Notes under the pieces: model-generated
Told to the model about the DNA's origin: nothing
Databases searched by the model: none
Seen by the model: only the letters and a program-made list of their open reading frames with translations
Shown: in pieces, positions 12,737-24,572 of the stretch
How the letters are laid out: each line of letters opens with the position of its first letter
How positions within the stretch are numbered: position 1 is the stretch's first letter
Translations under genes and position numbers: made by a program
DNA from: Cystobasidiomycetes sp. EMM_F5
Taxonomy: Eukaryota
Direction: 5' to 3'
Assembly: GCA_051047955.1 (NCBI GenBank)
Contig: JBPGPT010000008.1
Span: forward strand, 186,001-250,000
Length of the DNA stretch: 64,000 nucleotides

Positions 12737-12900
12737 GCTCTGTTTACCACTCAGCCATCCCGTCATTCGTGGCTGACAGGAAACCGAAGGCGGGCCATTA
12801 TGTGCCTAGGCGGCGCCTGTTTATTTACACCAGCCATGGCGCTAGTGTCTATGCTGGTCACAACAAGGCTTGCTTGTACGAGTAAAAGGCTCTGTTTACC
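12737..12900. promoter_or_regulatory. Cluster of forkhead-type (GTAAAYA) motifs upstream of the 13096 gene
   Basis: GCTCTGTTTACC at 12737 and 12889, TGTTTATTTAC at 12818. Confidence 0.45.
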
Positions 12901-13095
12901 GTTCCAGCTCTTTCTGTTCCCTTCCAGCTCATCCTGTACTGACTCTTCCTGGGACACGTCGAGCAAGGCTACAATATACAAAAGCATACGCCGACAGTGA
13001 GTAAAGCGAAGCAATCTCCACCGTCAATAAGTCTGATATGTGGGCAGAGGTAGACAAGAAGGATAATCGCTTCAAACGTTAAAGCCATCACCAAC

Positions 13096-16000
13096 ATGAC
13101 AGCTGTGCCCGATATCGACATGCTTGGAGATACCGCTTCATCACCGGCGCTGGACATGCTGTCACTCGTTAAGAACGAGGATAAGGTGAAAGCTGCGCCG
13201 GAAGCCAAGATTGTTCCTCTTGGTATTCTGGATTCCCAGCCTTCGTCACCTGTGCCTGCCGTCAAGCGATTCGGCGGCCCACGTCGCCTTCCCGGAATCG
13301 TCAACAAGGACACTGTAGCTACCGTCGACATTGGAGAGATCTCATTATCTCGCTTCAGCAATATTGGTTCTCAAGTTGCATCTGACACTGGGAAGATCAC
13401 CAGCCCGAATCATCGCATTGTCCCGCTTCGCAAGCATCGTCGCAACGCTTTCATGAAGGCCACCCCTCTCATTGACTCCCTCACAACCATACTCTCTCCA
13501 GTATCGGCGAGTAACGCCAATGATTCGCCTGATCCGACTTTGCCAATCAAGCCAGAGGCTTTTGGCCTAGGTATCATGAACGCCTTTCCGCCCAAGCTGT
13601 CCGAAGCAAGAGGTAATGCCATCGATCCATCTCGCTTCCTGGATCTCGTGGATGCAGATGTCAATGAAGCAACGACAGATAGAAGCGATCTTCCTCTCCC
13701 TCTCAGGCTGTAAGTAGTGTATGACGGTCGACAAATGGCATTCGCTAACGCCTTCGCACAGTCGACATCGTTCTGTTTCACGTAGCAGATCCCGTAGCCA
13801 TCTGGACTTGTCGGCTTCTCCTCCTCTCGCTTTGGCCAAAGCAGCCATCCATGGCTTGGGAATCGACCGTGCCGCTACCGCAGGTTTCAATGCCTCACAG
13901 CGCATGCTTTCTCCTCGATTTGTAGCCGTACCATCTCCGAGGGCCGTAAATTCTCCCTACGCGACATCCCCATTCGTCTCCTCTCCACTCATCAATTCCT
14001 GGGTGGCTAATGCTACCAGCTCTTCGACACCGAAGGCAAGCCCTGCTACCCCAGTTGCGCCGGCGCCAATGACGGTTTACCTCTCGTCGTACGAGAATCG
14101 CCCTGACCTTCACTACCAGTCGAATGGCAATGCGCTCTCCCCGTCCACCTCGCCGTGTACAACAACGCTTGCCGCGCCGACTGCAGCAGTTTCGTCGAAA
14201 ATTATGGCTACACCCTATTTTGACGCGCTATCTACATTTGAATCTCCTGCCTTTGCATCATCGCCAACCTTTGCTGCCACGCCACTTCTAGCTGCGGAGG
14301 CGTCCGGCATGGCTCAGGCTTTTTCAGCAAATCAAGCCACGTCGAGCTACAACGGTATCTTTACGTCGAGCACAGTATGGCATGCCACTCTTGCTCTGTT
14401 CGCTGTGGCACTGTTGCTTGTTGTCAGTGCGGCCGGCGCTTTGGCGTGCATGGTCCGCCGCCGCCGTCAGATTGTCGCTATGGTCATTTCTCCACCCGTC
14501 ACTTCCGCTTCTGATGGAGATGTCCCCCCAAACGACCAGCAGGAGGAGAAAGGTCATGTATCCCCCATGCCCCTTGACCCGCCGGTGCTACCGGACCCAG
14601 TGCTGCCTACTAAGATGTGGCGTAACGCCTCAGCCAGCGATTCCCAATCCGAGAAGAGTGATTTCCGTCATTCAGTAGAGGCGGGCATTGGCACTCTAGG
14701 ATATCGCGCTACATTGAAGCAGTCTAAGGGTTCAACAACAAGCTCTCGTTATACGGCCCCGGTCGCGCAGTTGCAACGCTTCTCCAGCATGCCCAACATT
14801 GGACGCCATCATTTGCCTGTTGAAGAAGCTCCCACTGCTCCGGACAGCTCCTTCTCGTCATCAGACCATCAGTATCTGTCTTCGTCCACCTCAAGCACTG
14901 CTGCAACCTCAGACAGTATTCACCGTGATGCGATGAAAAGCAGTTCAGAACCTGCCAAACTTCCTGCTTACGCTGTTGCTGTGGATGCGTCGCCCATAGC
15001 TGACGCAGCAACTGAGTGTCCAGTATCGCCTACCCTGAGTGTGCGCAGCAAGATGTCCGCAAAATCGACCAAGTCCGTCAAGCAAGCGCTATGGAGTCTG
15101 CGCAAGGCAGCTTTCGCAGTATCCAGCGGGTCAGATGCATCGCCTGTTGCACCAACCAAGAAGTCTATTCGAAACCTGCCAATCTCATACCCTATCGAGC
15201 GACCGGATGTATCTCTAGCACTGCCAGCTTCAGAGACGGGTGGATATGAGCCAAATCTGAATGATTCTGTCAGCAAGGTCTTCCTTGGTGGTGGTGCAGG
15301 CGCTGTGCTATTGCCAGTAAATGACGGTGTCACCGAGCAAACCAGTCGTGAGCCTGTCAAGGCCACAACAATTCCAGTCATCAGTCCGACAAGAAGCAGA
15401 CGTGCGACTATTGTCAAGCGCACTCGATCAACCACGCACGAAACTGTCGATAGCGCTGGCAGGAAAAGTCTCAGCGGAGCTGCCAATCATCGCCAATCTG
15501 TTTACGGCGGGATTTTGGTCGATTCTACTTCCGTTGCACAGGCTCTTGTCGCAATTCAAGATGTCCCAACTCCCAGTCCCCCAGCCACGACTAAAGAGCT
15601 GGAAAGCACAGACACCGTCAGAGCGTCCGTCGCAACTATCGAGAGCGTTTCGACTGACGGCGATATAGCAACTGTTGCACCGTGTGAGCGGAGAAACACG
15701 CTTTATGCCTCAGTATGCGAGCAGCAGGAGAAAGATGCAATCGTCCCATCTGCTGCACAGACCCTCTCACCTTTTGACTCAGTCGGAGTCGGGATTCGGG
15801 CCGACAAAACAAGAAACCTTAGCACGCTGCCCGTGCCCAGCATACCTCTTCCAACACCACCTGCATCTGCAGCCAATCCGACCCAGTCGCGAGTCCGCAT
15901 TAGAACATCAACGCTAGCACAACGCACCCGCTCGATGCCTGGGCCAAAGCCAGTATTGGACGCTGCTTTAACTCGGTTCTCCCGTCTGGATTTGGCAAGC

Positions 16001-16813
16001 GAATTTAGTCTCGACACGTTCGACACTGGCAGTGGTCCAGCGGGTAAAGGAGTGGTCGAGTCTCATGGAGCGCCACATGCGGGATTGACCCTGAACGCTG
16101 AATACCAACATCAGCCGTACTACGCTGCCAGTCCTGCCAATCACAACAATGGTCAAATTCCTAGAGCTCGTCGGGCCCGCTCGAGCACGGTCGGAGACCA
16201 GCCAGCAGGTACCATGATGCCATCTAAACTTTCCGTTTTCGAGACGGCCGTCACAGCTCATAGAGTACCTCTGCCGGTGTACAGCAAAGCGACAAGGGTG
16301 TCTGTAGCAAATGCTGTCGCTAATTCGGAATTCGCTGCAAGTCAGCGTAGCTTTGCTCACGATCTCAACGCCTCTATCACCGTTACGTCATGTACAGACG
16401 ATTCCGCAGGCTCGTCTGCCTCGTCAACACGCTCATCGATACCTCTTTCTGATCGTACATCGATAGGATCGGCTCAAACGTCGTCCATTATAGACTTCAG
16501 CGATATCACCAATCAGCTAGCTTCGCTTATGCAGCTCCGTCCGAACTTTGCCGTGCCCAATGGAGATCCGAAACAGCGTTTGTCGACTGGCAGCCTGCAA
16601 CCATCCCGTCATCACGATGTGGAAGAGGACGATCTGAGTATCTGTGCGTGAAGATCGCTCAATGAATACACAAATAAGCTGACAGTTTTTTCTGGGGTGA
16701 TGCCAGATTCGAGAGACAGCGGCTCGCATGACACTGCTTGGGACATAGCCAGGGCCCGAGTGCGCGCCAGAACATCTGTCCCACTCGAATCGGTACTGGA
16801 AGAATCTTCTTGA
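13096..16813 (+). CDS. Large low-complexity Ser/Pro/Thr-rich single-pass membrane protein, function unknown
   Basis: ORFs 13096-13713 and 13721-16651 are joined by a GTAAGT..GCTAAC..CAG intron (about 13710-13761). TM helix LALFAVALLLVVSAAGALACMV followed by RRRR. Short last exon to TGA 16811-16813. Confidence 0.7.
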
Positions 16814-16927
16814 TATTTTCGATCTTTGCTTGATGTTTACTTTGTTATTTTTGCCTTTTCTTTCACATTAGATGGCTTCGCGCCCACCATAAAGCGATAA
16901 CGTTGACTCGTTGTGTCTAGCGATACA

Positions 16928-19803
16928 TTACCTTTCAATGGCATCTACGTTATTCGCAGCAAGTTGCTCTACTTCGTCATCGTCTCCCTCATCCAGCATA
17001 TCGTCTTTTGCTGTATTCCGCTCAGCTTCATCCTCATCCTCTTCTTCGTCTTTACAAAGTTCGTACAACTGAGACCGTTCGAAAACCCAATAAGCTGGCT
17101 GGCGAGACGAAGATGAAGACTGTGTCTTACCATGCCCAGCTCCTCAGGGACTAAAATGTCTCGCAATATATCGTGAGCGAGTTCCGCCAGACTTTCCATC
17201 GTGTCAGCTAATTGCTGAGACTCCTCATCGAGCCATTCTGGAACTCGAGTAAATGCGATTCGACCTATGCCGGTGACAAAATAATCCTGACTTAGCGGCC
17301 TCTCGCTTAAGTGCTCCGAGAGGGTTTTGGCAGTATTGGGCGAATAGAGCAGGAAATGTAACAGCTGAAGTGAGTTGGCAATGCAGGACACCACGCTGTT
17401 CAGACATACCACGTCAAGTCGGGACAGACACAATGGCTATGTGAACTTACTGTGCTGATGCGTTGAGGCCGGCCGGAGCGTGCCCATATTCGTATAAAGT
17501 CCCAGCTTCCTGCGCTATACGCAGTATGATACGCTGAATCAGAAGGGATGACTGTCCCAACAGAGGAACTCCATCGGCATGCTGTACTGCCAAGGTCGAA
17601 AACAACAACAGAGCAGCGCGATGTATGCTCCTGTTGTTCTCCGGCGAGGACGCCCGATAGAGCAGAAACGCCGTCATTATTTCGACAAGAGCTATTTGCG
17701 GATTCGGGAGAGGTTTGCTGAGATTGTTCTGAAGGGGTATAGCGATAATTGTTCTGAAAAGCGTCGGTTCTGTCATGCAATAGGAGTGATCAGTATCAAT
17801 ATCTGGTTTCAATCGACATTTGCGCACGATAACCGAGCAGCGCTAGCAAGTCTAAAGTCTGCAGCAGAACACGTGGAGACCTGCGCAGCTCCAGTAACAT
17901 CGCCAACAATTCTTTGTCGCGGAGTAAACCATCGAAGCTTTGCGAAGAAGCACATTCTTAGATACTGTGACACGATTCGATGAAGGCACTGACTTGGTCA
18001 AGCAGTCCTCATCCGGACGCCACGCGAGTAGCATAAGCACATCCATTATAGCTGCGACAATCGGTTCCATACTTCTTTCGGCTTGCGATCGCTCGGTATG
18101 CGCTATGCTGGGCGTGTCACGAGCGACACGAGAGAATGCAGCTGCATGTACTGTCCTCGCTTGTACCGGTTTAGCATGCTTGGCCAAATTCAGTTTAGCA
18201 TCGCATCGCTGTACTATGGCGGTGATACTTGATTTTGCGAAGCTTACGATGCTTGCGAACAAGTCTTTTAGCACCTCTCTATGAAGCGGTAAAATGATGG
18301 GCTGATGGAAGAGAAGTGCCCAGAACTCCGACAGCAGATCATGCATGAAGTACAAAGCGGTGATGAGGTGAGCTTCCATGCCTTTGCGGTGGAACAATTT
18401 ACCGAAGCGTAGAATGATAGAGATGACTCTTGTAAGGAAAAGCCGATCATGCTGTTGCACGGTATCGTTGCTAGTAGACGGATGAGACTGATTGCCAACC
18501 GATTCGTATAGGTCCTGACAGATACGCCTATGTTCTTCATCATCCAGATCCGTCCGGTCATGCAATGCGCAGTGTACCATCGTTTGTAGCGACAAATCAC
18601 CAGCATGACTCCCGAAAACTTGGCGATGACCGAAGATGAAAGTCACGGCTGCTTCGCGCGTTGAGACATTGACGATCGGGTCCGTTTCCTCGTCCTCCTC
18701 ATCCTCCGCTGGCTGATGGGTGACTTCATCTCTAACGTCGAGATCGAGGTCTAGATCATTGCCCTCAAAATCGGGATAGGCAGCGTCTGCTGGTTGCTTG
18801 CCTTTTGGCGAGCCATTTGCTGACGGGGTAGTCGCATTTGGGGGCACATTAGGGCTGGAGTTGAGCAGCTGTGCAGTTTGACCTCGAGCCTGTCTAGGCG
18901 GGCTTTCGAAGAAGGAGTTTGCAAAGCCCTTTTGCGGGGCCGGGCGTCTCGGTGACTGCCTCTTCGGCTTGAGGAACTGCGACTGAGAAAACCCGACTTG
19001 ATTAATGCGATGCTTCATGGCAGTCGACGGGTGCAGACTACCAGAGCGCTGCTGTCTGACGGATGATTCGTGTTCTTGACGTGCAAAGAGGATTTCCGAC
19101 TTGTATCGCTGCTTGTCTTCTGTAGCCGCCCGTTGCAGGGCTGCAATCTGGTCTTGGAGGGTTGCTGCCTTCAGTCTCTCTGCTTCGAGTACCGTTTGAT
19201 GCTCCTTTTCAGCTTTTGCGACACTGTTTCGCATCATTGTTGCTTCGCCAGCTGTACGCATATTGGCTCGACGAACTTCAGCCAATTCGGCTTGCAACTG
19301 CGCTCGAGGCATACTCAGAGTCAGCTTAGTCAACCATGCCATTGCTGTAGACCTACCTTGTCGACTTCTTTGCGCATCCTTTCCATTTCCTCATCGTGTT
19401 TGGCTGTCGCGAGCTGGCCATTCCTGCTGGTCTCGGCAGCCGTACGGTTCACGTACTTGCCATCAGCCGTCACTTCCACGTCTGGAAAGTCATCTCGATA
19501 GACGGGTTTTGTCGGCGGTCTTCCACGAAACGGAAGTTGGCCTGGCTGTCGGGCTTTGCCTGATGGTGCCAAATTGTTGACCCCATTACTCGCTGAGACG
19601 GGTCTGGACGTCTCTCTGAAGTGAATACGCTCTTCGCTTGGGCGCTTGATGAGTATGGCCTTCTTTGCTACAGCTGGTCTTGGTGGTGCAACTTGGCTGG
19701 CTGGCCGCTGGCTGGCTGCATAGTGAGCACGCTCGGCTGCCTCGAGGACTGCGAGCTCATCGGCAGTGATTTCATCGAGAACATTATCATACTCGTCGTC
19801 CAT
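16928..19803 (-). CDS. Rad26/ATRIP (Ddc2/Lcd1)-like DNA-damage checkpoint protein
   Basis: Acidic N-terminus (MDDEYDNVLDEITADELAVLE), coiled coil containing TAGEATMMRN, helical C-terminal region ending LAELAHDILRDILVPEE, acidic tail. Several introns. Called from architecture only. Confidence 0.55.
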
Positions 19804-19853
19804 GCTTCCCGGGCTTCGTGAGGCATCATGTCATGAGTTGCATTCAAAGGGAC

Positions 19854-19880
19854 CTTTACGCGATTTGTAGGCGCGTAAAG
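19854..19880. promoter_or_regulatory. Perfect 9-bp inverted repeat with MCB-like ACGCG cores
   Basis: CTTTACGCG-N9-CGCGTAAAG, 51-77 bp upstream of the ATG at 19803. Confidence 0.55.
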
Positions 19881-19960
19881 TGCCAACATTGCGGAGATCG
19901 TGGAATGATCTGCAATTCACTCTACAACGAGTCACATTGCTTATTCTTCGACGCTTGTGG

Positions 19961-20736
19961 TCACAGCTTGTCGTACGGCTCCATCAATCTATTCGCCTCT
20001 ACCTTTTCTGCGAAACCATCAATGTGCGTAGTGTGACTCCACGGTTTGAGTGCGACCTCCTCGCGCACCGTGCTCGCAAAGCATGCAGTCCAGTGTTGCC
20101 TCGGCCACTCTGCAACCACGCTCTCAATGGTCTTGGTATCGACGAGTCGGGGATTCATACCGACATTGTCAAAGACTGTCGCGAGTTGCAGGAGTTGACC
20201 GAGCTGTGTGATTGTACCAGTATCTCCCAAGTCCTGATGACGAATAATCGCCTCCGCTACTGCTTCAGCCTGAGCTTTTGGGGCGTCGTGTTCGCCTTGA
20301 AGCAAATTCAACGCTAAAATTCCTCCGTAAAACTCAAAGCTGAGCAAGGTATCCCGGATGTTGGTATGAGTTGTTCCAATGTCATGCAGTAAGCATGTCA
20401 GATAGTATGTTTCTGCATCCACGCGCCAGTCCGGGAAGTGGTTTTTCAGGATAGCTTGGCCTGCAATACGTATCAGTAATGTAATGCTTCAGCGAGGCAG
20501 CAAGTCGAAACCTCACCGTAATAGTATACTCGCATGGAATGGTGGAAGGTAGGTCCGGACAATCGCTCCTTTGCGTATTGTTTCACGTTTACAGCAATCT
20601 CGCTGGTGGGCTCCGCAATGTCCTTAATTGCTATTGGCAGGCCATGTCCGACACCCTCGAGCACAATTGACTGAGCTCGTGGCACTGGCCTCCATCCGTA
20701 TCGATCCAGGTCATGGGCAGATGTAGTGGATGACAT
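19961..20736 (-). CDS. CAH: Cyanamide hydratase (HD-domain, CAH/Ddi2-Ddi3 family)
   Basis: YGWRPVPR, TFHHSMRVYYYG|, TCLLHDIGTT, LSFEFYGG, AEAVAEAIIRHQDLG, QLATVFDNVG, KPWSHTTH. One intron. Confidence 0.92.
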
Positions 20737-20923
20737 GGGTTGAAACGTCACGATCGGCGTTAAGGACGATGCGAGCTGTAAAGAACGGACGAGCGTGAAA
20801 AGTCCAATATGTGCGATGTGAGCGTGCGAGAATGAGTGAAAGATGTGAAGAGTGGCCTTCTGTAGACTGGAGAGGATTACAACGCGTGATGGTGTGCAGC
20901 ATGCTTACCGACATTCTCGGGCC

Positions 20924-21074
20924 GGGGGACCGCGCCCCGTACAGCTGCAGATGGATGGTTCACAATATTGTCGGTACACGACCTTTTGACGTTTGCATTG
21001 CGCTCGTACTTTGTTTCAATCGACTGTATTGTGACTCCGCCTCGTCCTACTCTGATGTACAGGGGCGCGACCCC
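20924..21074. repeat. Imperfect ~19-bp GC-rich inverted repeat in a divergent promoter
   Basis: GGGGACCGCGCCCCGTACA (20925-20943) and TGTACAGGGGCGCGACCCC (21056-21074). Confidence 0.5.
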
Positions 21075-21726
21075 TTCCTGACTCCCTAAGGAACTGTGCA
21101 GACTTTCGGTTGATAGCGCAGCGCAGCGTCCTAGGTTTCTTACGTTGTCTCCACAATGTAGACCTTGCATACTGCCAGGCTTGTGATATATGCGAATATA
21201 CGAGCATGAACAGGGCTGGCTCTAAAGTGGGGACGAAACTCGACAACCTTGTCACAAGGGTTGTGAAAGTGACCGTTGGACACCCTCATCCTTAGACGAG
21301 AGCATCGAGCGATTCTCATACTGTCTGATCAAAGGATATTAGAGGGATGTTGCTCCCCGAACCCAGAGCCCAGGACACCCAGGATACAGTACTGCACATG
21401 AAACGGGATTTCAGGTAGCGACGTTCTGTATCACCGCCCCCAGCTTGTCGAGCATAGAGGCGAGGAGGTGTTAAAGTAAAGTGAGTGGTATGTCAACAGG
21501 AAATAGAGCCCGCCAGCTGCATCGAATGAAAACACGAAGGTATCAGACCGAGGTGGAGACCTCGAATGAAGCGGATCTGTGCAATGAGGAAGCGGCAGTG
21601 CGTGTACATGTTAGTGAGGGTCATTTCCAGCATTGTCAGCTCGTATGCTGGCCATGTTTTGCTTTTGCGATGGCTTGACGTCTCTTTGACTCTAACGCTC
21701 CAGTTGGATCCAAATCCGAGCCCGCC

Positions 21727-23290
21727 ATGGATTTCTCGCGTCGGAGCATAACTCCAACGCCAGCCATGATGGGCGTCAACAACCCAATGATGAACGGGCA
21801 TGGCGGGAACGGGAACCATCACTTCAGCAATGGCGGGCTTGGAAACGGTATGGGGAGTCACCAGCAGTTCCCGACGGGCTCCAGCAACATTGCTGGCCAT
21901 ATGATGCCGCCAGACTGGGGCTCTCCGCTGTTCCACGGAGCAACAGAGGTGCGCTGCGTATTTGTAATGGTCTTTCAGCAGACGCGGGCTGACTTGTTGC
22001 TCGTTGATAACTTTTTGGGAACGTAAAGGGCAAGGTGGAAGCCTTTGTCGCCAGCTCGTCGGGAATGCAGATGCTGCTGCGAGATGCCTACGGACACAGA
22101 GTTATCGCCCCAATGATAATCAACGCAAACAGCCTGCCCGCCAGCATTGCTGGGTCTTCTGTTGGGTCCAGCCTCGGCGGAATCAGGCCAACATCAACGC
22201 TAGGCAGGCCAAACGAGGAAACGCTCAGAAGACGGAGAGAAGCTAGTATTTCTCTCATGGACGAGATGGACGGCGGTGGGGCAGGACCTCGTAGCGGTCC
22301 AATGAGGAATGGCCGGCACAACTATCTCGGAGACCGTATACAACCCCCCTTAGCGGACCGCATCTCTCCCAGACAGAACGGCGATGCGTGGGGAAATGGA
22401 ACGGGCAACGGCAATATGGGAAATGGGTGGAGTGAGATGAACAACCGCAATGGGGGAGGTCCTTATCAGAACGGATTCTCAGATAACGACGGCTTTGCTC
22501 GCCCGTCATCTCGCATGTCACAGCGCGGTGGAATGGAGCGCCCCAACTTTCGGCCTTACTCTGTCAACTCTGTGCGGTCAAATGGCACGGGACTTAACGG
22601 TAATACTCGCCCCTCACGGGATTCTTACTATCCTATATACAAGAAGGACGGCCATTCTGTCGGTCGAGACCGGTACGTTTGTGGCATGTGCTGCCAACAA
22701 AGTAGCTGACTCTCTGCGTGACAGCATACCCCCGGAAGAGAAGAGACCGTTCTATACTCCAGCTCCCAAAGGGGAAGTCGCTGGGATTCTCGTCAAGAAC
22801 TTGAGTCATGGCACTACAGTTCAAGATGCACAGGTAGATATTGAAGACGGCAAATTGGAGGTAACAAAGACTAACGAAGTTATCTCCAGGTCTGCTTTGC
22901 TGAATTTGCTCCCGTCCAATCTTGCGAGATTGTCGACCGTTCGTCAGACGGGACATTCTCCGTACTCGTAGTCTACAGCGACAAGGATGATGCGGATCGT
23001 GCCACTCAGGCATTACAGTGTGTGACATTGTGCACGTCCCCTGGCGTTGGCTGATCAAATTTAATCGCAGCGGTATCTCCGCAGACGGTCTGATTCTACA
23101 AGTCCTCAATGTAAATCCCCGCATGATTGACCGTCCAAATAAGGACAGCAGTGATCCTGAATTGAGGATAGGTTATCTGCCAAAGCAGATCAAGCAGAAG
23201 GATGCTCCAGACAGCCTCCCAGCTGAGCGCGCTGGCAGCGTTGTTATGGCTGACCGGGATCAGAACATGGTGGAACAGACGCCTTCGTAA
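21727..23290 (+). CDS. RRM-domain protein with an N/G/M-rich low-complexity N-terminus
   Basis: Spliced: ILVKNLSHGTTVQDAQ|VCFAEFAPVQSCEIVDRSSDGTFSVLVVYSDKDDADRATQALH|GISADGLILQV, an RRM pattern. 4 introns. Confidence 0.75.
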
Positions 23291-23573
23291 GCAACATCTT
23301 GGAGCAAGACTCCCGTCACGTTTGTCGGAAGGGTATACCGAAGTCCTACGGCTCTTTCGCGTAAAGAGCATACCTCACGGGAGGTACTAGATGGATTCTA
23401 CGGAACATCAAACTAGTCAATTTAATCAGGTCGAAGCGGCCAAAATGTAACCCAAATTTCTTCTTGCATGTTGTCATCAATAATGCTGCGCTTTTGTGCG
23501 TTCCAAACCATGGCCTGCTCGCAAATTTGCGACGAGCCTGCATGACCTTTGCTGCCCTTGCGCCTTTCTTTGG

Positions 23574-24344
23574 ATGCTGCCAGACTGGCTCCTCTGCATC
23601 CTCATCCTCGTCGTCTGTCCCGTAGTCATTCTGCAATCCAACGAAACTCGACGTGGCAGCATGTCGCCGTTTGAGTATTTCACTAGCGGACTGGCTGGCC
23701 TGCTTCAGTCTGGTGAGTCTGATGATCTCTATCAGCCTGACGCATCACTGAATGCCCTTGCTTCAGTCCTGTCGCTCGTTGGCCTCGTTTCGCTAGCCCT
23801 AGTCCTGCTGGCATTCGGATTCCTGCTGCTGGTGGGTATCGAGAACGTACGCACAAGATGGGGCAGCTTTCGCAATCCGACTGCAGAGTCTAATGCGGAT
23901 GTGCCCTCCAAAGCGTCAAAAAAGCACTCGCATACATATCCCCCTCCAAAATCCGTCAAGAAATCCTCATCATCCACACCAGCCTCAGATGCACCTCGCT
24001 CGAGCATGCGGCCATACAAAGTCGCGAAGGCAAGAAGTCATTCCGACACCGACAAGATTCTCGGTCTTGTCTTTGTGCTCGCAGGCTTGGGCTTACTCTG
24101 GATCGTTCCAGCATACCTCAGCAGCTCCGGCAAGTCGCGACCTATAGATCCGCCTATTCCTGAATGGACGCCTCCGCAAGAAGGTCGTGCAAGTCGAAGA
24201 GTGCGCGCAGAAGACAGCGCCAGCGGTCAATCTGTGCTTGGCATGATTACCCTTGCTGTGCTGTTGCTCAGCTTTGCCCTTCTCAAGCCAGGCAAGTCAA
24301 GGCCAGTGCCCGCGCCCGCAACAGCGGTGCCGACCTCGTCATGA
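23574..24344 (+). CDS. Hypothetical multi-pass membrane protein (start uncertain, could be 23661)
   Basis: Intronless ORF with 3-4 hydrophobic segments. The last two are each followed by GKSRP. Confidence 0.55.
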   Translation: MLPDWLLCILILVVCPVVILQSNETRRGSMSPFEYFTSGLAGLLQSGESDDLYQPDASLNALASVLSLVGLVSLALVLLAFGFLLLVGIENVRTRWGSFRNPTAESNADVPSKASKKHSHTYPPPKSVKKSSSSTPASDAPRSSMRPYKVAKARSHSDTDKILGLVFVLAGLGLLWIVPAYLSSSGKSRPIDPPIPEWTPPQEGRASRRVRAEDSASGQSVLGMITLAVLLLSFALLKPGKSRPVPAPATAVPTSS

Positions 24345-24572
24345 TTGGTGGTTCCCTCGACATGAAGTTATTTGTAGCATACTACTCGTAGTCACGCAAT
24401 ACAGATCGTACTCTAGGTACGACCTAAGCGCTTCCTTCTGCACAACAACGTATGATACACTGTAGCAACAATAGACTGTATTGAGCGCGGTCACTGTCAA
24501 GTCATTCACAGTGTAACTCATTTACTCGAGATGCTTCATACGAATGTGACAGTCTATCTACCTTACTTTCCT

